The notes under the pieces are model-generated. The model was not told the DNA's origin and searched no databases. It saw nothing but the letters and a program-made list of their open reading frames with translations. From Schizochytrium sp. TIO01 (taxonomy: Eukaryota; Protista; Bigyra: Labyrinthulomycetes), in NCBI GenBank assembly GCA_004764695.1, contig SMSO01000025.1, forward strand, positions 310,001 to 374,000: a stretch of DNA of 64,000 bases, given 5' to 3'. Position numbers and translations under genes: made by a program. This document shows positions 45,382 to 56,212 of this stretch, piece by piece. Position 1 is the stretch's first letter. Every line of letters starts with the position of its first letter.

Positions 45382-45702
45382 ATGCGGCATATCGAGAGCA
45401 ATCATGGTGGAGACCGCCAACAGCAGCATTCACAAATGCACGAGCTTTCATTTTATTACATGAGCTTTCTAAGAGACCGCGCGGCCCGCCAAGGCCCACA
45501 ACGCAACGCAAACGCATCGCCAGCCGAAGCACAGAGACAGTTCGCGATGGCTCAGCATGCTGAACTGACTCAACGCGTACAACAACTGCGCACACAACTT
45601 CCTTTTATGACACCGCCGGACCGCATCCTGGCGGAGCAGCAGCTACAATATATGATGCAACAAGAGCAAGAGCTTCGTTTCCAAATTAGTCAGTGTCCTT
45701 AA
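45382..45702 (+). CDS. Small Gln-rich hypothetical ORF, or terminal exon of a spliced gene
   Basis: 106-aa helical Q/A-rich ORF with protein-like composition. Its stop overlaps the stop of the convergent gene (TTAA). Confidence 0.4.
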   Translation: MRHIESNHGGDRQQQHSQMHELSFYYMSFLRDRAARQGPQRNANASPAEAQRQFAMAQHAELTQRVQQLRTQLPFMTPPDRILAEQQLQYMMQQEQELRFQISQCP

Positions 45703-48700
45703 GTGCTGTACATTCCTGTAATTGTATCGAGCGGGTCGCGATTCCGTGGCGTGCGTGTAAATCTGCGTTTCTTTCTTGCCTTGGCATCCTCACGGAGACT
45801 CCATCCTACGACAAGCGGTGTGCCGAGAACGATACGACCGTTGAGCGCTTCGTAAGCCGCCAACGTCTCCGCAAAAGTTGAAAATTCCAGGATGCAGCTG
45901 CCGTTTGATAATAGCTTCTTGTCTGGACCGCAGTTCAGTTGAATTTCCGGAAATGCTTGCTGCAAGTACTCTTGAATAATATAGGAAACCTCAACTGCTG
46001 TAAGGCCCTCGTGAAGCCCACGCACAATAAGGTTGAGCTTGTTTGTAGCAAGAGAGACCCTGCAGTTAGAGTTCCTAAAGTCTGATTTTTCTTGAACCTC
46101 GACAAGGTTTTCTGCTGCGCGTCTAGTGGTAGGGGCCATCAAAGTCATACCAAAAGTACGCACAGCCAAGCTGTTTGCACGGTTGAACGATTCCTCATCC
46201 TTGAATGTCACAAAGGCATATGCACCGGTACGCGGGCGCATTTCCATGACAACCTTCTTCATGGTGTCCTTGGGCTTATTTCCCTTCGCGCGGCCTGACT
46301 TGGTGATGCGCTGAATGGCCGAAGCACGATCGAGACGATCCTGGAGGTTCATATCACGAGAATCATTGAACTGACTCTTGAACAATTCAAGAATGCGCAA
46401 GTCCTCATCTGTCAAATTTGGAACACCACCGCGGGGAGAACTAGATACGCTCTCATCGTCACCGATGCTAGAACCATCATAGTCATCGTCATCCTCCATT
46501 GTTGCATCAGTGCCCTCGTCATGCTCATCATCACTGACCCAAGAGGAGGAAGCGCGGCGCATCGGAACCGCATGACTGTCAGCCTCGACAAAAGTAGCCA
46601 GTTCGTTATCATCACTCTCGTTCACAAGCTTGAGCTCGCCCCGAGGGACAAAGTCTTCCTCTTTGGGTGCGAACTTTGGCGAGTTAACCACATCATCATC
46701 GTAGAATGAAACCTTTCCTTCAAAGGACTCTGCCGCAGCAAGGACCTCATCAGCCTTGAGCTGTGTATCCATGGAGTCGAGTGCAGCAGCGACAACACGG
46801 TTCCTACGCTGTGACTCTTTGACAAACTCAAGCAAATCATTGAGTTTCTCACCAAAAACGCGCTGCTGCTCAGGTACAATCCTCATGATTGTGTTGAGCC
46901 ACATAACTGTGGAGCGGAATTCTTCGAATTTATCTTGTGCGCGAACAATACCCTTGGTGTCAAGTCTGGAAGTATCGGAATGCACAGAGACACCACTCTC
47001 AAAGAGCTCCTCAACAGTTTCAGGCCATAGAGCATACAGATCAGCCTCGCTAATATCATCCGCATTCAAAGTTTTAACGTAGGCCTTCCAGGCCTTTTGC
47101 ACACGCTTTAGAGCATCTGCAAGACGATCTTGGAGATCATGTGCCACAGTAAGCTCAGACTCGCACTCTTCAGTAAGGTGCAACAAGTTAGCATTCAAGT
47201 CAGAAGAGCGCATGCTTCCAAGCTTGAAGCGGGGCATGTTTGCAATTTCTGGTGATTTGGCCTCGAGTGCTTTCAAAGCGTCAGCCTTTGAAGCATTGCC
47301 CAACGAAGCCTCCATTACAAGGTCGGCCTTGTTCCAGTGACCATCCAGCCAGTAGCTCTGATCACGGGCTAGACGCGTGTACATTGCTGACATGCGTTCA
47401 AGGTTTTTCAGGCGCTTCTTGATACGGCTTACCGAGTCACCCATCTGCATCGCAGTCGGGAAGTTATCTTCCATAAAGCTTGCAAAGAGACCCTCAGAGC
47501 CCTGGGCAGAGTTCTTGGACAAAGAGGAGCGAGAACCGTGAGCAGACCTCTTTTGAGCAGCAAGCTGAGCCTCTGCGGTATCGGACAGGCCCAATTTGCT
47601 TGAGTTTTCCGAGGCAGCGAGTGTTTGCTCGCGGTGTACAGCAATCCGCTCGATTGGACCGTAGCCATGCTCAAGAATAGCTTTGAGGGATGCCTCATCA
47701 AGCTCCAGGGGAATGTTGCGCACAAAAAGGGTGCGGTTTGCCCACTCTTCGTTTGGTGTCAATCCAGATTTTAAGAGGGGGATACCTGTAGCCTTTCCAA
47801 TTTGATCAATCTTCTCGACGTCAAAGAAGTATCGCATACGACGATCACGCAGTATGATCGGACGACGCATACCTTCACGACTGGCCAGACGTTCTGAGAC
47901 TGCCTGGATAGAAGACTGCGAGTTACCTCCATTCTTATCAGCAGATTCTTCGTTATAAGTGAGGTCCTCATTCGGGTTCATGAGGTAGTTGACTGCAGAA
48001 ATACGCTCTGGTGTAACCGCGAGCAGATTTTGAATTGCAACAGGGTATATAGAACGCATAAGATCCTCACCGAAAGCCAATCGGAAACCTTTCACGGTGC
48101 GGCTGAGTGCCTTGGATCGACCAAGCGTAGTAAGCCAACCTGCGGGGTTCAGGATAAGGCGTGATTCAAACCAAAGCTTGGAGAGGTTCTTGTCCAGATT
48201 CTTACGCTCAGTCAGAGTGGTGACAGAGTTAGTAATTCGCAGCAACGCATTCTCAAGATTTATAGCCGACTCCGGTCTAACAGAACGGTGAAGGCTCAAC
48301 ATCTTGACAGAGTCCAGGCTGAGTTCATTAAATTTGCGAAGAGAAAGAAGCAAATCAGCTTCACTTTCTACACTACCAATATCACCAACAATGTCGGGAG
48401 TATACCACGTACGAATGGCATTATCCACTTCGTCATACCAGACACCATCGCATCCGAGCCAGGCAAACGAGTCTTCTGAGTTCCGAGGGCGAATGCTGGG
48501 AACGTTATAAGAATAACTCATAAGTTGTGCATCGCGTCCCGAAGTAAGAGTCTTGGCCTCAGGGAATCCATCGAGATGATCTGACATTGTGTTAATCCCC
48601 GCAGAGGTCTCATCAACAGCCAAACCATTACGTACAGGACGCGTCACGGATTCAATGAACGGAAACTCTGGCGAAACTTTAGTGTAAGTTGCCTTGGATG

Positions 48701-51095
48701 AGTCATAGATCATCGGTGAAATATGCACTGACCGGGCATCACTACGGCCGACAACAGTTTCGGGTGCGAGGAATGCTTGGAGAGCCTCGAGTTTGCTATT
48801 TATCTGGCCAATTGTCAAGAGGTACCAGAACGACTCTGAGTTATGAAATTCGTTCAAAATCGGCAGAATCAAGTCAGCTTGTGGACCAGATGCGTTTACG
48901 ATCGCCTCGGTGAAATACATGAGGCGAGGTGTCAGCATGCCCTTAGATTTGCTCAAGTTCTTGTAAATATCGGCCAAATCGGCACGGGCACGGATCGGTA
49001 AGTGCGCAAGACTCTCTTCCATAAATTTATCGAGACTAGCCTTGGAAGTGTCTTTCATGTTGTTGAGGATTACTGTATCCTTGAAAAGACGCGAGTTGGG
49101 ACTTACTAGCGCATCAATCCATGAGTCCATTCCGTCATCTTTTGCCATAGCTTCCCACTTGCCTGTTTTCACAGAGCTTTGGGACTCGACAACTTTTTCA
49201 AGAAGCTTCATTTCTTCTGTCGAATTAATAGATTTAAGTGGGGTGGATCGCCTGCCTGGTCCGTCCATGGGGTCGGTTTTCCAGCTGTTCAGAAAAGGTG
49301 CGATCTCTTCCCGGACGAACTTAACAAGCTCAGCAGATTCATTTGCAGCATGCCGGGCAGCTGGATCGTGCCAAACAGCATAAGGCTTAAGAACCTTTTC
49401 GCCGACACTGATTTTAGTACGTACGTGGTCGTAGAGCTCCATAAGCTTCTTCACACGCTCAGCTATCTGAGCGTCATAAATGCCGCCCTGCTCAAAGGGT
49501 AGACTGCCTTCCGGAAGGGTAGGGAACTGCGGGCGCGGTAGAGAGGCATGTTTTTCTACAAGAGTACGAAGCTCTGCAGGCATCTCGTACGGAATGCGCA
49601 AAAGGAGCTCATTCTGTGCACGCACAATAGAAGTCTTCATACGCTCTGAGACGGTGCGTAGGCCGACTTCGTACTCCTCAATGAGTTTTTCATCGGAACG
49701 ACTTGATGGGTTTGGGATAGCCTCTTCAAGACGAAGGGGAGCATCGGGAGAGTTAAGCTTCGTGTTCTGGAGAGAAATGGCATATTCCTTTAGTTCTGGG
49801 GTCTTGAGAACCTCGAACGCGGGCAGCTTGTCTATCTTGAGAAGCTCCATCAACAAGGGAAAGACCGCTTCGGACTGATATCCGACAGAGTTGTGCTCAA
49901 AACTACTGACAGCGTCAATTAAGTCGCGGATTGTAGAGTTTGGTTGTGAAACTAGCATATAGGAGCGACGGTAAGCGGAATCCCAGCCCTTCCGACCCAT
50001 GTAATAGTTCAATTGGCGGATACGTGCTGCAAGTGTGCGGGCGATTTGACGCGTTTCCCTGGTTTCGCCCTCAATAAAGTTCATACGCGCATGCTTCACG
50101 ATATCATTGTTTAGTTTGGCTTGCTCTTCAGGCGAGAGCTTCGCAACCTCAGCAGTAGTCATGAGGGGCGGAAATGTAGAGTCCTTCGTTGTCCCTGCTT
50201 GAGACGATCTCAAAGACTGTAGCACGGCCTCAACAACATCGTGATCTTGTTGAAGTTCTCCCTGAAGGTAGCCTTCGATGGCTGTGTCGAGCTCTTGAGT
50301 TGCGCCGATACGATTTGTGAAGGCCTCCAAAAGGCCGAGACCGAGATATTGCTGTTGGGCTGCAAGGAAGTCGGCTTTGGCATCTTCTTCAGAGCGAAAT
50401 CCCTGACGACGAGTCCTGCGGCCAAAAGAGTCCGTAAGCTCAAACCCCCATGAGTTGCTCTCGGTATCCTTGAAAACGCCACTCGCATCTCTACGTGATC
50501 TACGAAACTGATCAAAAGATTCCTTTTGATCACGAAAGAGGTCTGTGCGAACAGCATCCTCAATCAGCCGCGTGAGATCATCGCCGCCTGGAAGGTCTTC
50601 ATCCACTCTGTTACTGCTGCCAACGCGACCTTCAAGAAGTGACTCTAAGCTGGCATTGGCAGCAGAGATCTCAGCAGCAGATCTTGTATCCAAGCTCTCA
50701 TGGCCGTACTCAGATGCGGTTGTTGTTGCAGAGTGGACTTCAGATGAAGATGTGTGTTCATTTACAGATGCAGTCGCGGATGCAGATGCAGGTGTTGAAG
50801 TTGACGTTGATGTAGAAGCAGAGGTAGAAGCAGAAGTAGAAGATGAAGAAGGCTTCCAGCTTGATGTTGATGGCACGTGAATCTTCGTGACTCGTTTTTG
50901 AGCATCACTCGTCGAGGTTTCTGACGCCGGGGCACCACCAGTGTTGGCATTCTCAGCCTTGCTTACAGACACATTTCCATCTGCAGACGTCTGCGCAGTA
51001 GAGCTCAGCTGTCGCCCGGACCATGCGGATCTTTGCGTAGTGCTTCTGCTCCGCAGAATACGGGTCACTGTATAGTAATTCGCGGTTTTGCGCAT
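45699..51095 (-). CDS. 1798-aa RRM-containing RNA-binding protein, probably mitochondrion-targeted
   Basis: R/S/T-rich N-terminus lacking acidic residues (MRKTANYYTVTRILRSRSTTQRSAWSGRQLSS). RNP2-like RTLFVRNIP and RNP1-like GAYAFVTF. C-terminal RRM LIVRGLHEGLT...CILEFSTFAETLAAYEALNG. Confidence 0.75.
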   Translation of the reverse strand: MRKTANYYTVTRILRSRSTTQRSAWSGRQLSSTAQTSADGNVSVSKAENANTGGAPASETSTSDAQKRVTKIHVPSTSSWKPSSSSTSASTSASTSTSTSTPASASATASVNEHTSSSEVHSATTTASEYGHESLDTRSAAEISAANASLESLLEGRVGSSNRVDEDLPGGDDLTRLIEDAVRTDLFRDQKESFDQFRRSRRDASGVFKDTESNSWGFELTDSFGRRTRRQGFRSEEDAKADFLAAQQQYLGLGLLEAFTNRIGATQELDTAIEGYLQGELQQDHDVVEAVLQSLRSSQAGTTKDSTFPPLMTTAEVAKLSPEEQAKLNNDIVKHARMNFIEGETRETRQIARTLAARIRQLNYYMGRKGWDSAYRRSYMLVSQPNSTIRDLIDAVSSFEHNSVGYQSEAVFPLLMELLKIDKLPAFEVLKTPELKEYAISLQNTKLNSPDAPLRLEEAIPNPSSRSDEKLIEEYEVGLRTVSERMKTSIVRAQNELLLRIPYEMPAELRTLVEKHASLPRPQFPTLPEGSLPFEQGGIYDAQIAERVKKLMELYDHVRTKISVGEKVLKPYAVWHDPAARHAANESAELVKFVREEIAPFLNSWKTDPMDGPGRRSTPLKSINSTEEMKLLEKVVESQSSVKTGKWEAMAKDDGMDSWIDALVSPNSRLFKDTVILNNMKDTSKASLDKFMEESLAHLPIRARADLADIYKNLSKSKGMLTPRLMYFTEAIVNASGPQADLILPILNEFHNSESFWYLLTIGQINSKLEALQAFLAPETVVGRSDARSVHISPMIYDSSKATYTKVSPEFPFIESVTRPVRNGLAVDETSAGINTMSDHLDGFPEAKTLTSGRDAQLMSYSYNVPSIRPRNSEDSFAWLGCDGVWYDEVDNAIRTWYTPDIVGDIGSVESEADLLLSLRKFNELSLDSVKMLSLHRSVRPESAINLENALLRITNSVTTLTERKNLDKNLSKLWFESRLILNPAGWLTTLGRSKALSRTVKGFRLAFGEDLMRSIYPVAIQNLLAVTPERISAVNYLMNPNEDLTYNEESADKNGGNSQSSIQAVSERLASREGMRRPIILRDRRMRYFFDVEKIDQIGKATGIPLLKSGLTPNEEWANRTLFVRNIPLELDEASLKAILEHGYGPIERIAVHREQTLAASENSSKLGLSDTAEAQLAAQKRSAHGSRSSLSKNSAQGSEGLFASFMEDNFPTAMQMGDSVSRIKKRLKNLERMSAMYTRLARDQSYWLDGHWNKADLVMEASLGNASKADALKALEAKSPEIANMPRFKLGSMRSSDLNANLLHLTEECESELTVAHDLQDRLADALKRVQKAWKAYVKTLNADDISEADLYALWPETVEELFESGVSVHSDTSRLDTKGIVRAQDKFEEFRSTVMWLNTIMRIVPEQQRVFGEKLNDLLEFVKESQRRNRVVAAALDSMDTQLKADEVLAAAESFEGKVSFYDDDVVNSPKFAPKEEDFVPRGELKLVNESDDNELATFVEADSHAVPMRRASSSWVSDDEHDEGTDATMEDDDDYDGSSIGDDESVSSSPRGGVPNLTDEDLRILELFKSQFNDSRDMNLQDRLDRASAIQRITKSGRAKGNKPKDTMKKVVMEMRPRTGAYAFVTFKDEESFNRANSLAVRTFGMTLMAPTTRRAAENLVEVQEKSDFRNSNCRVSLATNKLNLIVRGLHEGLTAVEVSYIIQEYLQQAFPEIQLNCGPDKKLLSNGSCILEFSTFAETLAAYEALNGRIVLGTPLVVGWSLREDAKARKKRRFTRTPRNRDPLDTITGMYST

Positions 51096-51322
51096 CGTGT
51101 CAACAAGGTAGTCTTGCTGCTGAAGTTGCTTTTTCTGCAGCTAAATGCTGCAATCAACTATGGCAATAACGCTAAACCCGCGAGCTTTGCCAGAAGCTCG
51201 CTAGAATAGATCGCCTAGGGATCCCGCAGCCGCGGACTTAAGGGCGTCACTTGCTGCTGCCCGCACAGGCAGTGCTCACGAGGCCTGAGAACCCCGATGG
51301 AGTATTACAGCTCGCAGCACGA

Positions 51323-51352
51323 CCAATCGCATTGGGCCTCTTTATATATAAT
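51323..51352. promoter_or_regulatory. Candidate bidirectional promoter core: inverted CCAAT pair plus TATA-like element
   Basis: CCAATcgcATTGG (51323-51335) followed by TTTATATATAAT, between the divergent genes starting at 51095(-) and 51893(+). Confidence 0.3.
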
Positions 51353-51787
51353 TAGGTCACTTTTTCGTTTTACCCGTTCTATGTACCGCTTACATTTGCT
51401 TTTACCCAATTAATAAGTCACCTTAATGTACTTCTACTATGACCACGTCTGCTGTCACCGTCGTTCTTCTTTGCCGTTCTCTTCCTCCCGCGCCGTTCTC
51501 TTCGCCTAATAACAGTCGGCTACTATTACTAAGACCCCCCCCATCTGCAGCACCGTCATGGCTCAAAATCGCAGATGAAGGTTTTATTGAGGCTGCTTCC
51601 CGACGATGATTAAATTCACTCGAAGCAGCCTCATTGTCAAAGGGTCGTGAGAGAGCGCCCTGCGTTCTCCCACGTATGGCCGCGTCGTGATCTAAGCCTT
51701 CGATTTAATTGCAGAGAATAAGGCGTGAGAATTGTGAAAGAAAGTGCTTCAGAGAAATGATATTTAGAGAATCCTATATAGAGAATT

Positions 51788-51811
51788 AATGAGTGAGTGA
51801 GTGAGTGAGTG
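51788..51811. repeat. (GAGT)n microsatellite
   Basis: aatgagtgagtgagtgagtgagtgag. Confidence 0.7.
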
Positions 51812-51892
51812 AGGAAATGAAAGCACAGAACAGAAAACAAGAGCAGAGCAAGATCACAGCCGTCTCAAGTTTGGCCTGCCGGTCGCCTTGCG

Positions 51893-52795
51893 ATGAGCTC
51901 GAGCAGCGGTTCGCGCCTGGCTGGAGCCGGACGCGCTTTTGGCGCGTTCTTGGCCGTGCTCCCTGTAGCGATCACCGTGCGCGACAATCTTGTGGACTAC
52001 TGCTTCGCTCGCGGCATCTCCATGCAGCCCACCATCAACCCGTACCCTGACGAGGAGACTCTGCGCAAGTACTATTTTGCGCGCTATTGGCAAGATGTTG
52101 TGCTTGTGGATAAGCTCTCGATCCGCGCAGGCGTTTACCAACGCGGCAGTGTAGTTCTGTGTCAGAGCGTAGAGGACCCGCGTAGATTCCTCATCAAGCG
52201 CCTCGTGGCTGTTGAAGGCGACTGGGTCGAGTCTCGCCAGGGCGACTACGTTCACCTCGGCAAGGGTCAGTGCTGGCTTGAGGGAGACAACGCTGACCAC
52301 AGTATTGACTCTAATGAGTTCGGACCTGTGCCTCTCGGCCTCATCCACGGCCGCATCCGCTACGTCTGCTGGCCTCCATGGCGCGCATCCAAGCTGCCAG
52401 ACGGTGACAGGCCTGAACAGGCTCAGCGCGTCAGATCCAGACCTTATCAAGTTGCCGCGAGGGCCAAGCAGCTTATTAAAAACAACCCCGACCCCTCTAA
52501 GATTGACGCTGACACCTCGGGCGCCGATGGCGCAAACGATAGCAACGGCATCATGAAGAATAAGAGCCACAGAGACAGCAGTGATGGCGACGATCGTCAA
52601 GATGATAGTCTTGGAGAGCCGCAGGTCACCTTTGACATGACAAAAGAGGCGAAGGAGATTGAGGAGTTCCTCGCGAGGGTGGAAGAGATCAAGGATGAGT
52701 TTGGTCTGAATGACGTGCATGGACCGCAACAGGAGCCCGGTACCGGCCATGCTGAGAATAAGTATGATGATGATAGCGTGGATGACGAGAAATGA
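51893..52795 (+). CDS. IMP2: Mitochondrial inner membrane peptidase subunit (S26), IMP2/IMMP2L-like, with acidic C-terminal extension
   Basis: GISMQPTIN (catalytic Ser), LIKRLVAVEGDWV (catalytic Lys) and CWLEGDN..SIDSNEFGPVPLGLI..WPP. Assignment to IMP2 rather than IMP1 rests on CW.EGDN/FGPV.LGL. Confidence 0.85.
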   Translation: MSSSSGSRLAGAGRAFGAFLAVLPVAITVRDNLVDYCFARGISMQPTINPYPDEETLRKYYFARYWQDVVLVDKLSIRAGVYQRGSVVLCQSVEDPRRFLIKRLVAVEGDWVESRQGDYVHLGKGQCWLEGDNADHSIDSNEFGPVPLGLIHGRIRYVCWPPWRASKLPDGDRPEQAQRVRSRPYQVAARAKQLIKNNPDPSKIDADTSGADGANDSNGIMKNKSHRDSSDGDDRQDDSLGEPQVTFDMTKEAKEIEEFLARVEEIKDEFGLNDVHGPQQEPGTGHAENKYDDDSVDDEK

Positions 52796-55700
52796 ATGGT
52801 AGGTGGCCCTGCGTGAAAACGTAGCCCCCAACTTGCCTGTCTGTCTCCATAATTGCCTGACGACTGGACTCAGCGAAGGTCTCCTGTCGAATGGAAAGTT
52901 CGCCTGCAGACTGACTACTGTCTGAGTATTTGCTTATCTAGGGGGCTTCATGCGGAAGCGCCCAGACCCTCAAATTTTAATGAATGACCCCACGCGTGCC
53001 TGCTGGTCTGCCTGAATGGCTGCCTGCCTCCTTGTGACCTGTTTTTGCTGCTGTTGTGGGCCAGAATACGGCACCTGGCCCCTTCAATGAAACAACCCGA
53101 CCTCGCCATTATAGCTGAATAGTTAATAAACTCATCGACGTATTATTTTTATGTTTGCATACGAGTAAATGTCCTTGAAAGGTGCACTTGTTCGTTTTTT
53201 CTCTTAATTCAAGTTCTTAAATGCTTCTCTAGCTTTAGAGCAACTAAAGAATTCAACCTCTCTTTCATTATCATGTGCGCATAGCACCACGTCAATGCTC
53301 AATGGGCAGCTAGGTTCTGTTCTCCCACTTCAAAATTAAGCTCGAGTCTAACTTTGCCCACTGCTACGTAAATTTGACATTTAACATAAAAATAAGAGAG
53401 TCAATATTCGCAGATTACGAAAATAACAGATGTAAAACTTAGTTGCAAAAGAAAGCAACATTTCTATACAACAACAACAATATCAAACTTGTAAAAAGAA
53501 AAAAAAATTAGGCTAACAAAATAGGAGAGGTTACAATCAACTAGGTTGTAGGATAAATAATTCAGGAAAGAAGATTATAGTGCAGAAATGGATGTTTATC
53601 CAACCACAAATAGTAAAAGTCATCTTGCATACTAAAAGACTCTGACCAGTTTCTAATTCTGTTTGCACAGGGTCATACGATTTTGTTTCGTACGCAGTGC
53701 AGGTAATATTAGAAATAGCCTGGAAGGAGTATCCGGTTGCTAGTATGTGCGAAGACTATGGTTTGGTGCGCTGTGCATTACATAAATGTAAATTTGAACA
53801 AAAAGTCAGTCAACCTGTTACGATGTCGTCTATGTCTCGAAACGCTTTAATTTTCTCTTTGCCTCTTTCTTAGACAAACCCCAGCTGTCTTGTCAACCGA
53901 AGCTAGTTCTTTAAAGTAGATATCTGCCCCCATGTCCACCCTCAAGCACGACCTTTTTGGGAGGCTCGCTTTTCAGGCGCCTATTCTCATATAGGGAGCA
54001 TCTTTATTGGCCATTGCGAAGCCGACGTGCACGTGAATTCCGTGCACCCGGTTTAGAGTAGGCCCTTCCTTTCCAACCCCCACGTCTCCTGCTGATCTTC
54101 GTCATCCGATCGGCTGCCTCAGACGCGCCCAACACCACTTTCTCCTCAGGAGATGAACCAGAACCAACTACTTACGTTATTAGCATGCGAGAGCTACAGC
54201 TGTGTACACGCTACTGGCTACGCATCAACAGGATGCGGGACCCGCTCACCCTCCTGCACGCATTCCGCGGGCAGGAGTTGCGGGTCTGCCATTGCAGCTT
54301 TTGCTGCTCCTCCATCAATTCTGAGAATTTGGATCAAAGCTTTCCTTTCACTTTTCCTCTCTCTTATTGTCTCTATTTATAGGACTATACCGAAAACTTT
54401 AGAACTAAGCAGTTTCATCAATATTGTGATTGTTATTACTCTTATTATTGTCAATGATTATCATTCAATTCTAATCTTTTTTAATAAAAATGAATGATAT
54501 TTTTGGTTTAAGTTAGTTCATGGATGGTAGGAGTAGCTAGGCGCCCGCCTACTTGGCTTTTCTTTAAGCGCTATACTATGACTGACAGCGACGATATAAA
54601 GAAAAGCCTTCTTTAGCGTTAGTTAAGTTAACAAACCAAAGTACTTTTTCTTTTTTTTCCTTCGCGAAACAAATAAATAAAGTCATACACAGAATGAATG
54701 GCTCTCAGCCGCACATTTGCTGACGTCAACCTCTGATGTGCCATCCTTCTCCACAAATGCTTGAGGAAGCCGTCCTTTTCAAGCTGCCGGGAGGCTGTTC
54801 CGCGTAGCCAGGTCCACGTAGCGAATAAAACGAGCGTTCGCCCTGGGCCTGCAGCTAGCTGCCTGGATAAGCAAGCTGAGATTCTTGAGCATGGCACCTG
54901 TGAGTGACCACGCTCTTGAAGAGCTTGGCCATGACCTAGGAGAGACCTTAGCGAAAACGGTAGTGGCTTGTTTGTAGTGCCCGGGTTCTCTGCTGATGGC
55001 TTGAGATTTCCAAAGGGAGCTAACTGCTGCTGCTTTGTGAAGCGCAGAGCGCAGGTTTCTGCGTTGCGATGCCACTGCCGCTCATGGTGGTTATGGCTGA
55101 AAGTTTATTCACGCGGGATCTGAAGTGTCAGGGCGTGTGTCAAAAGCATCAGGCTAAAGTTTATGTGATACTCGCTCACCGTCGAGATAGGAGCACTCAC
55201 TGGAAAGAGCAATTCTTCGAGAAACATTGTAGTTCCTAGTAGATGCCTCTCCACATCAATTGGGATCGATTGTAGCCAGATTCACGAAATATGATTGTGG
55301 TCAACGCCTTTCACGAATCGTCGATGCAAATGTGCACCTTGGCATCTTTATTGCTCTTGATGTGCTGCTGCTGCGTTGCAATTTGTAGAATTCCTATGCA
55401 CTTCCAAAGCGAGACTCTGGAGGAGGACTGTCCTCTTTGCGTGACAAAATCTCCGGTGCTGGCAGCGTTCATCTTTTTGGTTCTTGGATTGATCGATCGA
55501 ATTTGCGTGAGCCTACATATACATACTCCTCTCACTCTCCCCGAGTATTGTGCCTGCCTACCTTCATAAGATAAGCTGCGACCATTGCGAAGGAATATTG
55601 CTTCGTGATCAAGCACGAGTGTGCCGAGCTTCAAGCTCATTCCTGGTGAAAGTGCTCTTGGGCGTGCAGCCGCGGCGTTCTGCCACATTCAAGTCCTCCT

Positions 55701-56212
55701 CCTCCTTAAAGTATGCCTTCCATTCCTGCAAAAGAAGAGCAAGAAAACCAAACCTTTTCATAACTAGCTTTAAAACACACCTGTTCTTCCAGCGAGCCAC
55801 TAGCCGCCCATACCGAGCTCCTAAACGTCGAGCAGCAGAAAGCTTCTACATCATCGAAATGAAATCAAACCAGAGCACAGAAAGAAAGCACAACAGGAAA
55901 CTAATCAAATTGTCCATGATGTTCGATTAGAATTATTCTTTCCTCTACTACCTAGTGCGTGCCTAACTGGTGCCTAAGCAACCATAGGAAGGCTTTGAAC
56001 CTGAAAATAGAGGTAAAAGAAAAAGAAAAACAGCGCATGAAGATGATTGTAGTAGCAATGAGAGTGCCTCCGAGCAGGGCATGAACCAGCGGTAGAAGAA
56101 GCAGACCGCCATCAGCAATTCGCGAACAGCAGCAGCAGCAGCAGTCCCGGCAGCAAGAACAGGAAAGCAGCAGGTTAAGACTGAGTCTCGCGAGACCTCA
56201 TATTTAGACACA

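Noticed and set aside
51854-52831. 325-aa minus-strand ORF
   Set aside because: Antisense shadow of IMP2, whose catalytic motifs are on the plus strand.
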